64,000 bases of DNA, from sequence record SRR22947727_4435. One strand, 5' to 3'. The position numbers and the translations under genes are program-made. Under the pieces are notes generated by a model that was given only the letters and a program-made list of their open reading frames with translations, made no database searches and had not been told where the DNA came from. This document shows, one piece after another, positions 1 to 10,171 of this stretch. How positions within the stretch are numbered: the stretch's first letter is position 1; each line of letters opens with the position of its first letter.

Positions 1-1
1 G

Positions 2-85
2 CCCGCCGACGCCGCGCCCGCCGACGCCGCACCCGCCGACACCGCACCCGCCGACGCCGCGCCCGCCGACACCGCGCCCGTCGAC
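2..85 (+). repeat. 15-bp coding tandem repeat CCCGCCGAC(G/A)CCGC(G/A), at least 5 copies
   Basis: Directly visible; runs off the window start. Confidence 0.9.
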
Positions 86-136
86 TCAACAAGCGCAGAA
101 GCCGCAACCCCCGACGCCGCAGCCGAGCAGGCGTAG
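2..136 (+). CDS. rpsB: 3' end of a CDS, probably 30S ribosomal protein S2 (Pro/Ala/Asp-rich tail); partial
   Basis: Frame 2 reads (PADAA/PADTA)x5-PVDSTSAEAATPDAAAEQA* with TAG at 134-136. Identity is inferred only from its position directly upstream of tsf. Confidence 0.7.
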   Translation, partial: PADAAPADAAPADTAPADAAPADTAPVDSTSAEAATPDAAAEQA

Positions 137-230
137 GACGTCAACCTGAATCACACCGCGAAGCACGAGCCTGGAGACGTGCGAATCGAAACTCCGAACT
201 TTGCGGCCCACCGACACACGAAGGAAGAAG

Positions 231-1049
231 ATGGCAACGATTAGCGCCGCTGACGTCAAGCGGCTCCGGGAGATGACCTCCGCGGGAATGATGGAGTGCA
301 AGAAGGCGCTCGAGGAGAGCGACGGCGATTTCGATAAGGCTGTCGAGGCTCTGCGCATCTCCGGAGCAGCCAAGGCCGCCAAGAGAGGGGCCGAGCGCAC
401 CGCCTCCAACGGGGTCGTCGCTGCCGTGGACAACACCATGGTGGAGGTTTTGTGCGAGACGGACTTCGTGGCCAAGGGTGAGGAATTCCAAGCGCTCGCA
501 GGCACTCTGGCGCAGGCAGCCTTCGACTCCCAGGTGGCTGACCGGGATGCCCTTCTGGCGATCACCCTCGACACCGGTGCCACCGTCGAGGCGACGGTGG
601 CCGATATGGCCGGTGTCATCGGGGAGAAGATCGAGCTTGGAGGCGTCGCCACGGTGCAGGCGCCGGCCACCACGTACCTGCACCGCCGTGCCTCAGATCT
701 TCCGCCGCAGGTCGGCGTCCTCGTCGCCTACGACGGAGACGAGGAAACGGCAAAGGGGATAGCGATGCAGATCGCGGCAATGCGGCCCTCCTTCCTGAAC
801 CGCGACGATGTGCCAGCGGAGACGGTGGAGAAGGAGCGTCGGATTGCCGAGACGGCAGCCAAGGAAGAGGGCAAGCCCGAGCAGGCCATCCCCAAGATCG
901 TTGAGGGTCGGGTCAATGCCTTCTTCAAGGACAACGTGCTGCTCGAGCAGGCCAGCGTCGTCGAAAACAAGAAGACGGTGGCCGATGTGCTGGCCGAAAA
1001 CGGAACAACGGTCCGCGCATTCGCTAGGTTCGAACCAGGCCAGGCGTAA
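231..1049 (+). CDS. tsf: Elongation factor Ts
   Basis: [42 protein letters not shown] motifs; SD AAGGAAG before ATG 231. Confidence 0.98.
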   Translation: MATISAADVKRLREMTSAGMMECKKALEESDGDFDKAVEALRISGAAKAAKRGAERTASNGVVAAVDNTMVEVLCETDFVAKGEEFQALAGTLAQAAFDSQVADRDALLAITLDTGATVEATVADMAGVIGEKIELGGVATVQAPATTYLHRRASDLPPQVGVLVAYDGDEETAKGIAMQIAAMRPSFLNRDDVPAETVEKERRIAETAAKEEGKPEQAIPKIVEGRVNAFFKDNVLLEQASVVENKKTVADVLAENGTTVRAFARFEPGQA

Positions 1050-1069
1050 CTCGGCGGAAGGGAAGTCTC

Positions 1070-1861
1070 ATGGATCGGTCCACGGCAGGGGAGCCGGTTC
1101 AGCCTTCCCTCGACGGGACCATCGAGACGTGGCCTGGCACCCCCGAGGGTGGCTGGGATCGGGTTCTCCTCAAACTCAGCGGCGAAGCCTTTTCCGGCGG
1201 TGGCGGGCTCGGGGTCGATCCCGATGTCGTGGCGTCGATCGCACGGCAAATCGCTGATGTCGTTCGTTTGGGCACCGAGGTAGCGGTCGTCATTGGCGGT
1301 GGTAACTACTTCCGAGGCGCGCAATTGTCTGAGCGCGGTATGGAACGGGCCCGCGCGGACTACATGGGCATGTTGGGCACGGTGATGAACTGTCTGGCCC
1401 TGCAGGACTTCTGCGAGAAGGCGGGTATCGAAACGCGTGTGCAGACAGCGATCGCGATGGGTCAGGTCGCCGAGCCGTACGTTCCTCGACGGGCGATGCG
1501 GCACCTCGATAAGGCCCGGGTGGTCATTTTCGGAGCGGGGCTCGGGCAGCCGTACTTCTCCACCGACACCACGGCCGCCCAGCGGGCGCTGGAGATCGGT
1601 GCTGAAGTCGTCTTGATGGCGAAGGGCGTCGATGGTGTCTACGACGACGACCCTCGGTCCAACCCTCAGGCCGTGCGCTACGACCGCTTGACCTACGACG
1701 ACGTCCTTGCCCGCGACCTCAAAGTCGCCGACGCAACGGCCATCAGCCTGTGTCGGGACAACGCGCTGCCGATCGTCGTGTTCAACCTTCTCCAGGAAGG
1801 CAACATCGCCCGAGCGTGCCGTGGGGAGCGGATCGGCACGTTAGTCTCGTCTGAAACGTGA
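1070..1861 (+). CDS. pyrH: UMP kinase
   Basis: [45 protein letters not shown]. Confidence 0.98.
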   Translation: MDRSTAGEPVQPSLDGTIETWPGTPEGGWDRVLLKLSGEAFSGGGGLGVDPDVVASIARQIADVVRLGTEVAVVIGGGNYFRGAQLSERGMERARADYMGMLGTVMNCLALQDFCEKAGIETRVQTAIAMGQVAEPYVPRRAMRHLDKARVVIFGAGLGQPYFSTDTTAAQRALEIGAEVVLMAKGVDGVYDDDPRSNPQAVRYDRLTYDDVLARDLKVADATAISLCRDNALPIVVFNLLQEGNIARACRGERIGTLVSSET

Positions 1862-1870
1862 GGAGCACCC

Positions 1871-2437
1871 GTGAGTGAAGAGATCGACATGATCCTGCTC
1901 GAGGCCACCGAGAAGATGGACAAGGCCATCGAGGTCGCCCGCGAGGACTTCGGGACGATCAGGACGGGGCGTGCGAACGCCAACATGTTCAACAAGATCG
2001 TGGTCGACTATTACGGGACTGCCACTCCGTTGAATCAACTCGCGTCCTTTCAGGTGCCGGAAGCCCGGATGATCGTCATCAGTCCCTACGACAAGGGTGC
2101 GATGGCGGAGATCGAAAAGGCGCTTCGTGACAGTGACCTGGGAGTGAATCCGAACACCGATGGGGCGATCATCCGCATTGTTCTTCCTGAGCTCACGGAG
2201 GAGCGTCGCAAGGAATACATCAAGATGGCTAGGTCCAAAGCCGAAGACAGCCGTATTTCGGTTCGCAACATTCGACGTCATGCGAAGGAAGCTCTCGACA
2301 AGCTCCAAAAGGACGGCGATGCTGGCGAGGACGATGTCCGTCGCGCAGAAAAGCAACTCGATGACGTGACAAGCAAACACGTCGAGCACATCGACGAAGT
2401 TCTCAAGCACAAAGAAGCCGAACTCCTCGAGGTCTGA
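1871..2437 (+). CDS. frr: Ribosome recycling factor
   Basis: IRTGRAN, YYGTATPLNQLA, LPELTEERRKE; SD GAGGAG. Confidence 0.98.
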   Translation: MSEEIDMILLEATEKMDKAIEVAREDFGTIRTGRANANMFNKIVVDYYGTATPLNQLASFQVPEARMIVISPYDKGAMAEIEKALRDSDLGVNPNTDGAIIRIVLPELTEERRKEYIKMARSKAEDSRISVRNIRRHAKEALDKLQKDGDAGEDDVRRAEKQLDDVTSKHVEHIDEVLKHKEAELLEV

Positions 2438-2438
2438 T

Positions 2439-3341
2439 GTGACCGACTCGTCCGGTCCGGACGGCGATCGCGGGCAGGACCCGCGAGAGGCCGACGGCGA
2501 CCGCAAGAAACCCTCGCGCACCGGTCGAAATTTGCCGGCCGCTGTGGCGTCCGGCGTCGTGCTCGTCGTGGTTGTGCTTGCGAGCCTGTTCACGTACAAG
2601 TGGCTGTTCGGTGTCGTCGTTATCCTGGCGCTCGGCGTCGCGATGCGGGAGATGATTCAGGCTTTCGCATCACGAGGTATCAAGATCGCGCGGGTTCCGG
2701 CCTATGGGGCGGTCGTGTTGTTGCCGACGGTCGCGTACGTCGCGGGACCGATCTGGCAGTTGGTCGCGACCGGCGCCGTGCTTCTGCTCGCGATGCTGTG
2801 GCGAATCCGGCGTGGAGTCGACGGATACGTCCGCGACATCACCGCGTCTTTCTTCGCGATCGCCTACCTGCCCTTCATGGCGGGCTTCTTGATGCTGACG
2901 CTGGCAGCAGACGATGGTCCGTGGCGAGTGGTGGTCTTCATCCTTCTGACGATTTCGAACGACATTGGCGGATACTTCGCCGGTATCTTCTACGGACGAC
3001 ACCCGATCGCAGCATCAATCAGCCCCAAGAAATCCTGGGAGGGATTTGTTGGCTCGGTCATCTTGCAGTGCAGCGTCGGCGCGTTGTCCTTCGTCTTCCT
3101 ATTGGATGCCGCCTGGTGGCAAGGTGTCATTGCCGGCCTCATTCTGACCATCACCGCCACTGGTGGGGACTTTGCCGAGAGCGCCATCAAACGCGACCTC
3201 GGCATCAAGGACATGGGCTCGTTCCTGCCGGGTCATGGCGGGATGATGGATCGCCTCGACTCCCTGATTCCCAACGCGTTCGCATCCTGGGCGATCTTCA
3301 CCGTCTTCCTCGGTGCCAGTTTCACGGGGGCGGCGCTGTGA
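2439..3341 (+). CDS. cdsA: Phosphatidate cytidylyltransferase
   Basis: Multi-[37 protein letters not shown]. Confidence 0.97.
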   Translation: MTDSSGPDGDRGQDPREADGDRKKPSRTGRNLPAAVASGVVLVVVVLASLFTYKWLFGVVVILALGVAMREMIQAFASRGIKIARVPAYGAVVLLPTVAYVAGPIWQLVATGAVLLLAMLWRIRRGVDGYVRDITASFFAIAYLPFMAGFLMLTLAADDGPWRVVVFILLTISNDIGGYFAGIFYGRHPIAASISPKKSWEGFVGSVILQCSVGALSFVFLLDAAWWQGVIAGLILTITATGGDFAESAIKRDLGIKDMGSFLPGHGGMMDRLDSLIPNAFASWAIFTVFLGASFTGAAL

Positions 3342-3354
3342 TGGTGAACCTGTA

Positions 3355-4446
3355 ATGGTGGATCTCGTTCTCCAGGCTCCCGAACGCGGCAAGCCACCAC
3401 GACACCTCCTGGACCTGTCTCGGCCCGAGCGTCGAGCCGCGATGTCTGATCTCGGGCTACCGGCTTTTCGAGCCGATCAAGTGTCCACGCACCTGCTGAC
3501 TCATCTGCAGAACGACCCCGATGAGTGGACGGATATTTCGGCACCAGATCGCGCCACCTTGCGGTCCGTGCTCCCCGAACTCCTGCAGCCCGTGCGGACC
3601 CTTACATGTGACGACGGCGCCACGGTAAAGACGGTGTACCGGTTGCACGACGGATCACTCGTCGAGTCTGTGCTGATGCGTTATTCGGATCGGGTCACGA
3701 TGTGTATCTCGTCGCAGGCCGGCTGCGGTATGAACTGCCCTTTTTGCGCGACGGGGCAGGCAGGTCTGACGCGTAACCTGTCGACGGCGGAAATCGTGGA
3801 ACAGGTACTCGCCGGGGCGCGGGCGTTGGCGAACAGCGAGATTCCCGGTGGTCCGGGTCGAATCAGCAACGTCGTGTTCATGGGTATGGGGGAGCCGCTC
3901 GCCAACTACCGCACCGTGATCGCGACACTGCACCGACTTATCGACCCTGCTCCCGAAGGACTGGGAATGAGTGCTCGTGGCGTCACGGTGTCCACCGTCG
4001 GCCTCGTTCCGAGGATTCGGGAGTTGGCTGAGGAGGGGCTGCCCGTCACGCTGGCGGTCTCCCTGCACGCACCGGATGATCATCTTCGAGACACCCTGGT
4101 GCCGATCAACAATCGGTGGAAGGTTGCCGAGGTTCTCGATGCAGCCTGGTTCTATGCCGAGCGGACCGGGCGGCGCGTCAGTATCGAGTACGCCTTGATC
4201 AAGGACGTGAACGATCAGCGGTGGCGGGCGGAACTCCTCGGCGAGATGCTGGCCGGCCACCTCGCCCACGTGAACCTGATCCCGCTGAATCCCACGCCCG
4301 GATCCAAATGGACAGCGTCCACAACGAGCAGTCAGCGGGAGTTCGTGGCGGGAGTGTCCGAGGCGGGCGTGCGTGTCACCGTCCGCGATACCCGCGGGCG
4401 AGAAATTGACGGCGCCTGCGGCCAGTTGGCAGCCCTCGAAGCCTGA
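3355..4446 (+). CDS. rlmN: 23S rRNA m2A2503 methyltransferase (radical SAM)
   Basis: [37 protein letters not shown]; start set at ATG 3355. Confidence 0.96.
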   Translation: MVDLVLQAPERGKPPRHLLDLSRPERRAAMSDLGLPAFRADQVSTHLLTHLQNDPDEWTDISAPDRATLRSVLPELLQPVRTLTCDDGATVKTVYRLHDGSLVESVLMRYSDRVTMCISSQAGCGMNCPFCATGQAGLTRNLSTAEIVEQVLAGARALANSEIPGGPGRISNVVFMGMGEPLANYRTVIATLHRLIDPAPEGLGMSARGVTVSTVGLVPRIRELAEEGLPVTLAVSLHAPDDHLRDTLVPINNRWKVAEVLDAAWFYAERTGRRVSIEYALIKDVNDQRWRAELLGEMLAGHLAHVNLIPLNPTPGSKWTASTTSSQREFVAGVSEAGVRVTVRDTRGREIDGACGQLAALEA

Positions 4447-4498
4447 GCAGCCGGAACGCCCCGAACATCGCGAACACGCCCAACACCGGCTGACGAAC

Positions 4499-6403
4499 AT
4501 GCCAGACTCAACCTCCATGGTCGCCTACATCGAGTCGTATCACCGCAGCCTGGATGATCCCGAGGGGTTCTGGCGCGAAGCAGCGGGCGCGATCGATTGG
4601 GATGTCGAGCCCTCGCAAATCCTGGACGAGACATCGGCGCCGCTGTACCGATGGTTTCCAGACGGCAGGTTGAACACGTGCGTCAACGCGGTCGACCGTC
4701 ACGTTGCGGCCGGGCACGGTTCGCGGGCGGCGATCATCTACGACAGCCCTGTTACCGGCACCTGCGAGCGATGGACCTACGCCGATCTGCTCGAGGCAAC
4801 CTCGCGTTTCGCAGGAGTGTTGCGCACTCTGGGGGTGAGCGCGGGCGACCGGGTCGTCATCTACATGCCGATGATTCCGCAGACGGTGGTGGCCATGCTC
4901 GCGTGCGCGCGGATCGGGGCGGTGCATTCGGTCGTCTTCGGAGGATTCGCCCCTGCGGAGTTGAGCGCGCGGATCGACGACGCGCATCCGACGATCATCG
5001 TGACCGCCAGTTGCGGAATCGAGCCCACCCGAATTGTGGAGTACAAGCCGCTGGTCGATGCGGCGATCGAGATGAGCTCGCATAAGCCGGAACGGGTGGT
5101 CATTCTTCAGCGACCGCAAGTGACGGCCGATATGGGTGAGCGCGATGTCGATTGGGATACCGCGTCCGCATCGGCGCCGTCGGTCGATGCCGTCTCGGTA
5201 GCGGCGACCGATCCGCTCTACATCCTGTACACCTCCGGCACGACGGGAAAGCCCAAGGGCATCGTGCGCGATAACGGCGGTCACGCCGTGGCAATGGCCT
5301 GGTCTTTCCGGAACGTTTACGGGATGAATCCGGGTGACGTGTGGTGGTCCGCATCGGATGTGGGTTGGGTAGTCGGCCACTCCTACATCGTGTATGCGCC
5401 GTTGATCAGTGGAGCAACAACGGTTCTGTACGAGGGAAAGCCCGTCGGTACACCCGACGCGGGTGCCTTCTGGCGAGTGATCGCCGATCACGGGGTGCGG
5501 GCGGTATTCACCGCCCCGACCGCCATCCGAGCCGTGAAGAAAGAAGATCCGCAGGCCAAGCTGCTGGCCGGCTACGACACCTCGAGCCTGCATTCGTTCT
5601 TTTTCGCCGGCGAGCGTCTCGACCCCGATACCTACGAGTGGGCCACGGGCCACCTCGGCGTTCCCGTGATCGACAACTGGTGGCAGACCGAGACTGGCTG
5701 GCCGATCGCGTCGAACCTCCGTGGGATCGAGCCGATGCCGATCAAGCCCGGCTCCCCGACGGTGCCGGTTCCCGGCTACGACTTGCACATCCTCGACCTC
5801 AATCACGCCGATGTGCCGCCAGGGGAGCAAGGAGACATCGCCATCAAGCTGCCGCTGCCGCCGGGCACCTTGCCCACCTTGTGGGGCGACGACGACAGGT
5901 ACGTCGGTTCGTATTTGACCGACCATCCGGGGTACTACACCAGCGGCGACGGCGGCTTCGTAGATGAGGATGGCTACGTATACGTCATGGGCCGCACCGA
6001 TGACGTCATCAACGTCGCCGGGCACCGGCTGACGACGGGGTCGATGGAGGCCGTGGTCGCCTCACATCCGGACGTTGCGGAGTGTGCGGTGATTGGTGTG
6101 CACGACGATCTCAAGGGACAGATACCTCGAGCATTCGTAGTGCTCAAAGCGGGCTCGACCATTGAGGCCGCGGACATCGAGGCCGATGTGGTGCGGTTGG
6201 TGCGTGAAGAGATCGGGCCGGTGGCAGCCCTCAAACAGGTCGTGGTTGTTCCCGCGCTCCCGAAAACGCGATCGGGCAAGATCCTGCGGCGCACGATGCG
6301 CGGCATCGCTGCGGGGCGTGACGAGCCTGTGCCCAGCACCATCGAGGATCCCGCGGTCTTGGACTCCCTGCGCGAAATCTTGACGGGAAACCCATCGCTT
6401 TGA
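4499..6403 (+). CDS. prpE: Propionyl-/acetyl-CoA synthetase (PrpE/ACSS3-like)
   Basis: YILYTSGTTGKPKGIVRDNGGH, DNWWQTETG, LPKTRSGKILR. Start could be 4499 or 4517; substrate is inferred. Confidence 0.8.
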   Translation: MPDSTSMVAYIESYHRSLDDPEGFWREAAGAIDWDVEPSQILDETSAPLYRWFPDGRLNTCVNAVDRHVAAGHGSRAAIIYDSPVTGTCERWTYADLLEATSRFAGVLRTLGVSAGDRVVIYMPMIPQTVVAMLACARIGAVHSVVFGGFAPAELSARIDDAHPTIIVTASCGIEPTRIVEYKPLVDAAIEMSSHKPERVVILQRPQVTADMGERDVDWDTASASAPSVDAVSVAATDPLYILYTSGTTGKPKGIVRDNGGHAVAMAWSFRNVYGMNPGDVWWSASDVGWVVGHSYIVYAPLISGATTVLYEGKPVGTPDAGAFWRVIADHGVRAVFTAPTAIRAVKKEDPQAKLLAGYDTSSLHSFFFAGERLDPDTYEWATGHLGVPVIDNWWQTETGWPIASNLRGIEPMPIKPGSPTVPVPGYDLHILDLNHADVPPGEQGDIAIKLPLPPGTLPTLWGDDDRYVGSYLTDHPGYYTSGDGGFVDEDGYVYVMGRTDDVINVAGHRLTTGSMEAVVASHPDVAECAVIGVHDDLKGQIPRAFVVLKAGSTIEAADIEADVVRLVREEIGPVAALKQVVVVPALPKTRSGKILRRTMRGIAAGRDEPVPSTIEDPAVLDSLREILTGNPSL

Positions 6404-6453
6404 ACGGCGGGAGTGCGTGGTCGTCGGACTCGTAGGGTGACAGCGGTCCGAAG

Positions 6454-7383
6454 TCACCGGCCAGATGTTAAGACTCCCCGAGCTGCTTCTCGAGCCGCAG
6501 CGGCGAAAGCCGTGGCGGCGGGGATAGCGGCGTCACCCTGGCGGATCACCAATGAGATGACTCGGGGCTCGATGGTGGGGGCCAGTGAGACGGTTGTGAT
6601 GTCGGCATCCTGCATGTCTATTGCGAGTCGGGGCATGATCGCAGGGCCCACGCCGCTTCGAACCATCGCCTGGACAGCTCCGTTGTCGACGGTGCGAAAG
6701 AGGTAACGAGGGGTGATCCCGTTACTGCGGAGAAAGGCGTCGACGTCGTCCTGGTATGTCAGCGCCGGTTGGCCAATGAGATCGACTCCGTCAAGGGCCG
6801 TGATCGGCAGCGAGTCCTCGTGAACCAGCTCGAGGAGTTCGCTGTCGGGGCCGATGAGGAGCAGGTACGGGTCCGTTCCTAGTTTTGTGACGTCGAGACG
6901 AGGATCGCTCGAGGTTCCTTCGATGAAGGTTGCGTCGAGTTCGTCGTCGAGGAGGAGGTCGATCAAGCCCTCGGAGCTCGGGCCTTCGAACAAAGAGAAG
7001 GTCACCTGCGGAGATTTCATGCGCAGGGCGTGGACTGCGGCGGGCAGCAGGTGGACGGCGACGCTTTGGAAGGTGCCGATTTTGATCCGACCTGCGGCAC
7101 CGGAGGCGACATCTCGAATATCAAGCTCGACGTTTGTCACGTGCTCGAGAATGTGTTGCGCCTGTGGCAGCAGCACCCGGCCTAGGGGAGTGAGCGAAAT
7201 CGACTTTGGGCCACCGGGGCGCTCGAAGAGCCGGGCTCCGATGTGTTTTTCCAGCGCGGCCACCTGCTGACTGACGGTGGCTTGGCCGTACCGGAGTTCG
7301 TCCGCGGCGGCACTGAAGGACTCTTCACGGGCAACGGCGACGAAAGCGGCGAGCTGCCGAAACGACGCCTCTGCCATACCCAT
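6454..7383 (-). CDS. LysR-family transcriptional regulator
   Basis: HTH FVAVAREESFSAAADEL..QATVSQQVAALEK..LFER plus substrate-binding domain. Confidence 0.95.
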   Translation of the reverse strand: MGMAEASFRQLAAFVAVAREESFSAAADELRYGQATVSQQVAALEKHIGARLFERPGGPKSISLTPLGRVLLPQAQHILEHVTNVELDIRDVASGAAGRIKIGTFQSVAVHLLPAAVHALRMKSPQVTFSLFEGPSSEGLIDLLLDDELDATFIEGTSSDPRLDVTKLGTDPYLLLIGPDSELLELVHEDSLPITALDGVDLIGQPALTYQDDVDAFLRSNGITPRYLFRTVDNGAVQAMVRSGVGPAIMPRLAIDMQDADITTVSLAPTIEPRVISLVIRQGDAAIPAATAFAAAAREAARGVLTSGR

Positions 7384-7385
7384 GT

Positions 7386-7400
7386 ATTGCATTATACGAT
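7386..7400. promoter_or_regulatory. LysR T-N11-A box overlapping the -10 (TATAAT, minus strand) of leaderless lysR
   Basis: ATTGCATTATACGAT is a T-N11-A imperfect dyad in an AT-rich spacer. The minus strand reads TATAAT-7 nt-ATG(7383). Confidence 0.6.
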
Positions 7401-7473
7401 CAACCTAACCATATTTCATAATTTTTCACGTTGTACAAATTCCTCTAGTTTTTGATCGAGGAGGGAAAAGGTA

Positions 7474-8016
7474 ATGATCGCGTGGTACTGGTCGTGGATT
7501 CTGATGTCGGTGAACCTGACCGCCATGGTCCTGGTGGGGCGACGCCTGTGGTGGGCCTGGCTGGTCGCCGTCGTCGCCGAATGCTTGTGGCTGGTCTATG
7601 GATATACGACCCAGCAGTGGGGCTTCTCGGTGTTCGCCATGGTCTTCGGTGCCGTCTATTTACGCAATGCCTACGCGTGGCGCGATGAGCCGCGTCGTGC
7701 TGCGCAGATCCCAGATGAAAAGAGCCCGGACCACGCGGGCAACAAGCCCGGGCTCGACGTATCAGCGATCGGCGCGCTCGTGGACTTCGATGCGCTCGCT
7801 ATGGCGATCGAGAATCGGTCCTGGAGTGACGTCGACCCCCGTGCACACGACATCGTGGCCGCGGCTCGTGCTCGCGGTCTGCATCCGGTGGCGATCGATA
7901 TCTACGAGGACCACGCGAGTCCCCGTCCGGTTCGAGAGCGAGCTCTTGCGGTGATCGCCGGTGCTGTGCGCCGGCAGGACGGTCATCCGGCAGCCTCGTT
8001 CCGTCTGGCCAGTTGA
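7474..8016 (+). CDS. Small membrane protein: PnuC-like 3-TM N-terminus fused to an unknown soluble C-terminal domain
   Basis: SD GAGGAGGG; GRRLWWAWLV..LWLVYGYTTQQWGF..VYLRNAYAW pattern of half-size PnuC-like proteins. Confidence 0.65.
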   Translation: MIAWYWSWILMSVNLTAMVLVGRRLWWAWLVAVVAECLWLVYGYTTQQWGFSVFAMVFGAVYLRNAYAWRDEPRRAAQIPDEKSPDHAGNKPGLDVSAIGALVDFDALAMAIENRSWSDVDPRAHDIVAAARARGLHPVAIDIYEDHASPRPVRERALAVIAGAVRRQDGHPAASFRLAS

Positions 8017-8051
8017 CGAATCACGCGGTCGAAGTCTCAAGCGATTTATGA

Positions 8052-8091
8052 CACAAAGAAGGCCCGAGCCGAAGCCCGGGCCTTCTTTGTG
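8052..8091. terminator. Bidirectional intrinsic terminator
   Basis: CACAAAGAAGGCCC...GGGCCTTCTTTGTG inverted repeat between convergent genes. Confidence 0.85.
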
Positions 8092-8122
8092 CCGTCAGTG
8101 GTTCACGTCAGGCGTGTGACTC

Positions 8123-9370
8123 CTACTCGCCACCCTCGTTGAGGGTCACCTCGATCGGGCTGAAGTCGTCACCGGTGGTGTCCAGTCCCATGTTGGTGAG
8201 CTCCGCGTTGGCGGTCTCTGCGAACTGGTTGGTGTAGGCCTCTGCTGGTGGAGCGGAGGTGATGACCGTTGCACCCTCAAGGTTCGGGGAGTTGAGGGAG
8301 ATTTCGACGGTCTGCTGCCACTCACCGGAATCGACGATGCCGATTCCCGCGGGTGATGGCCATACCAGCTTGTTGACTTCGTTCATCATCCACAGCTGGT
8401 GGCTGGCTCCAAGCTGCGACCCGTTGGCGGTCACAATCTCGGCGCACTCCTGCGGATTGTCGCGGCAGTAGATCCAACCTTCGAAGGACGCAGTGACGAA
8501 GCGCTGCGCCAGATCGACGTAGTCGGCGTCACCAAGCTTGGCTTCATCCGCCCAAATGGCGTCCTGGAGCATGCCGACTCCGTAATCCGCGTAGTTGATG
8601 ACGTTGAAGTCATCGGCGGTGTACAGCTCACCGGTGTCCGGGTTCACTGCTTCGAGCAGCTGGGCGTACTCGTTGTACGTCATCGCCTCAGCCGCATCGA
8701 TCTCGCGGTTCAGCAGGGCGACCATGTCGAACTGCTGCTGGACGAGCTCCACGTCGGAAGCCGGGTCGAGGCCTTCCTTGCCGAGAGCTGCGAAGATCTC
8801 GTACTCGTTGCCGAAGCCCCAGTTACCGATCTTCTTGCCCTGGAAGTCCGCGGGGGACTCGATGCCGGAATCGGCCCATGCCACCTGCAAGGTGCCGGAG
8901 CGCTGGAAGACCTGGCCGATGTCGACGATGCCGGCTCCCTGCTCACGCGATGCGAGCGCCTTGGGCACCCATGCGAGAGCGAAGTCAGCGCCGCCCTGTG
9001 CGAGAACGGTCTGCGGAACGATGTCCACGCCGCCCTCAAGGATGGTGACGTCGATGCAGTTGTCCTCGTAGAAGCCGAGGTCCTTGGCTGCGTAGTACCC
9101 AGCGAATTGGGCCTGAACGAACCACTGCAGTTGAAGGCTGGCGGGAGTCAGTTCCGCGCAACCCTCGTCGGCAGCAGGCTCCTCGACCTCAGCCTCTTCG
9201 GTTTCCTCTGGTTCGGTGTCCTCTTCGACTGCCGGTTCTTCCACTGCGGTTTCCTCCGCGGCGGTCTCCTCAGAGCTCGAGTCCGAGCTGCTGCAGGCCG
9301 ACAGCGCGAGCACACCGACTGCGGCGAGACTCACAACTTGAGTCCAGCGACTGCGTGCGATGTTGCGCAT
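8123..9370 (-). CDS. ABC substrate-binding lipoprotein, NMT1/THI5-like
   Basis: Lipobox LSAC, acidic linker, LQLQWFVQAQFAGYYAA, KKIGNWGFGNE. Confidence 0.92.
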   Translation of the reverse strand: MRNIARSRWTQVVSLAAVGVLALSACSSSDSSSEETAAEETAVEEPAVEEDTEPEETEEAEVEEPAADEGCAELTPASLQLQWFVQAQFAGYYAAKDLGFYEDNCIDVTILEGGVDIVPQTVLAQGGADFALAWVPKALASREQGAGIVDIGQVFQRSGTLQVAWADSGIESPADFQGKKIGNWGFGNEYEIFAALGKEGLDPASDVELVQQQFDMVALLNREIDAAEAMTYNEYAQLLEAVNPDTGELYTADDFNVINYADYGVGMLQDAIWADEAKLGDADYVDLAQRFVTASFEGWIYCRDNPQECAEIVTANGSQLGASHQLWMMNEVNKLVWPSPAGIGIVDSGEWQQTVEISLNSPNLEGATVITSAPPAEAYTNQFAETANAELTNMGLDTTGDDFSPIEVTLNEGGE

Positions 9371-9388
9371 ACTTCCTCCTTCTTCGAG

Positions 9389-10171
9389 TCAGGCCGAACG
9401 TGTTCTGCCTGTCCAGGGTGTTGTCCATCGCTCGATGGCCACGACGATCAAGTAGAACATCAGGCCGGTGATGATGGCTGCTACTACATATGCCCACGCT
9501 CGTCCGTAGGCGGTGTTGGCTGCCGAACCAGCTATTCGAGAGCCAAGTCCTTGTTGTGGGCCGCCGAAGTATTCGGCGACCAGTGCCGCGATGACGGCGA
9601 GGGGGGCAGCGACCTTCATCGCGGTGAAGAAGAAGGGAATCGCGTTCGGGATGCGCAGGGCACGCAGCACGGTACGCGGCTGGGCGTTCATTGAGCGCAT
9701 CAACTCCAGTTGCACCGGTTGCACCTGAATCAATCCGCGGGTGACGTTCACGAAGATCGGGAACAGCACGATGATCGCGGTCACGAGCACCCGGGGGGTC
9801 CGACTCGTGATGCTGAACATGTTGTTCAGTATCGGTGTCAGAGCAATGATGGGCACGGCCGCCAGGCCGGCCGCAAGCGGAGTGACCAAATTGTTAACCA
9901 CAATGAAGCGCTGGGCGAGCAACGCCATGACCAGGCCAACAATCGTTCCGAACACAAGTCCGAGGAATGCCGTGGTTCCGGTGTAGAGGGCGGTCTCCCA
10001 CATCAGGGCGATGTCGCCGAAGAAGTTCTCGGCGATCAGGGACGGGGCCGGCAGCAGGTAGGGCTTTATATCCCGTACCACCACGAGGAGTTGCCAGGCG
10101 CTCAGGAAGAGCACCGCAATGAGTACGGGTGGCCAGATGAGCTTGAGTCGATCGGCCGTCTGGGTGGACAT
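9389..10171 (-). CDS. ABC permease (NitT/TauT family)
   Basis: LPAPSLI, VPIIALTP, LRIPNAIPFFF, AEYFGG..GLG. Confidence 0.92.
   Translation of the reverse strand: MSTQTADRLKLIWPPVLIAVLFLSAWQLLVVVRDIKPYLLPAPSLIAENFFGDIALMWETALYTGTTAFLGLVFGTIVGLVMALLAQRFIVVNNLVTPLAAGLAAVPIIALTPILNNMFSITSRTPRVLVTAIIVLFPIFVNVTRGLIQVQPVQLELMRSMNAQPRTVLRALRIPNAIPFFFTAMKVAAPLAVIAALVAEYFGGPQQGLGSRIAGSAANTAYGRAWAYVVAAIITGLMFYLIVVAIERWTTPWTGRTRSA

Noticed and set aside
1-85. Tandem repeat as a possible CRISPR array
   Set aside because: Contiguous 15-bp in-frame units with no spacers, and no cas genes in the window.
4450-4490. Imperfect 9-bp repeats between rlmN and prpE
   Set aside because: Only about four degenerate units; most likely slippage with no supportable function.
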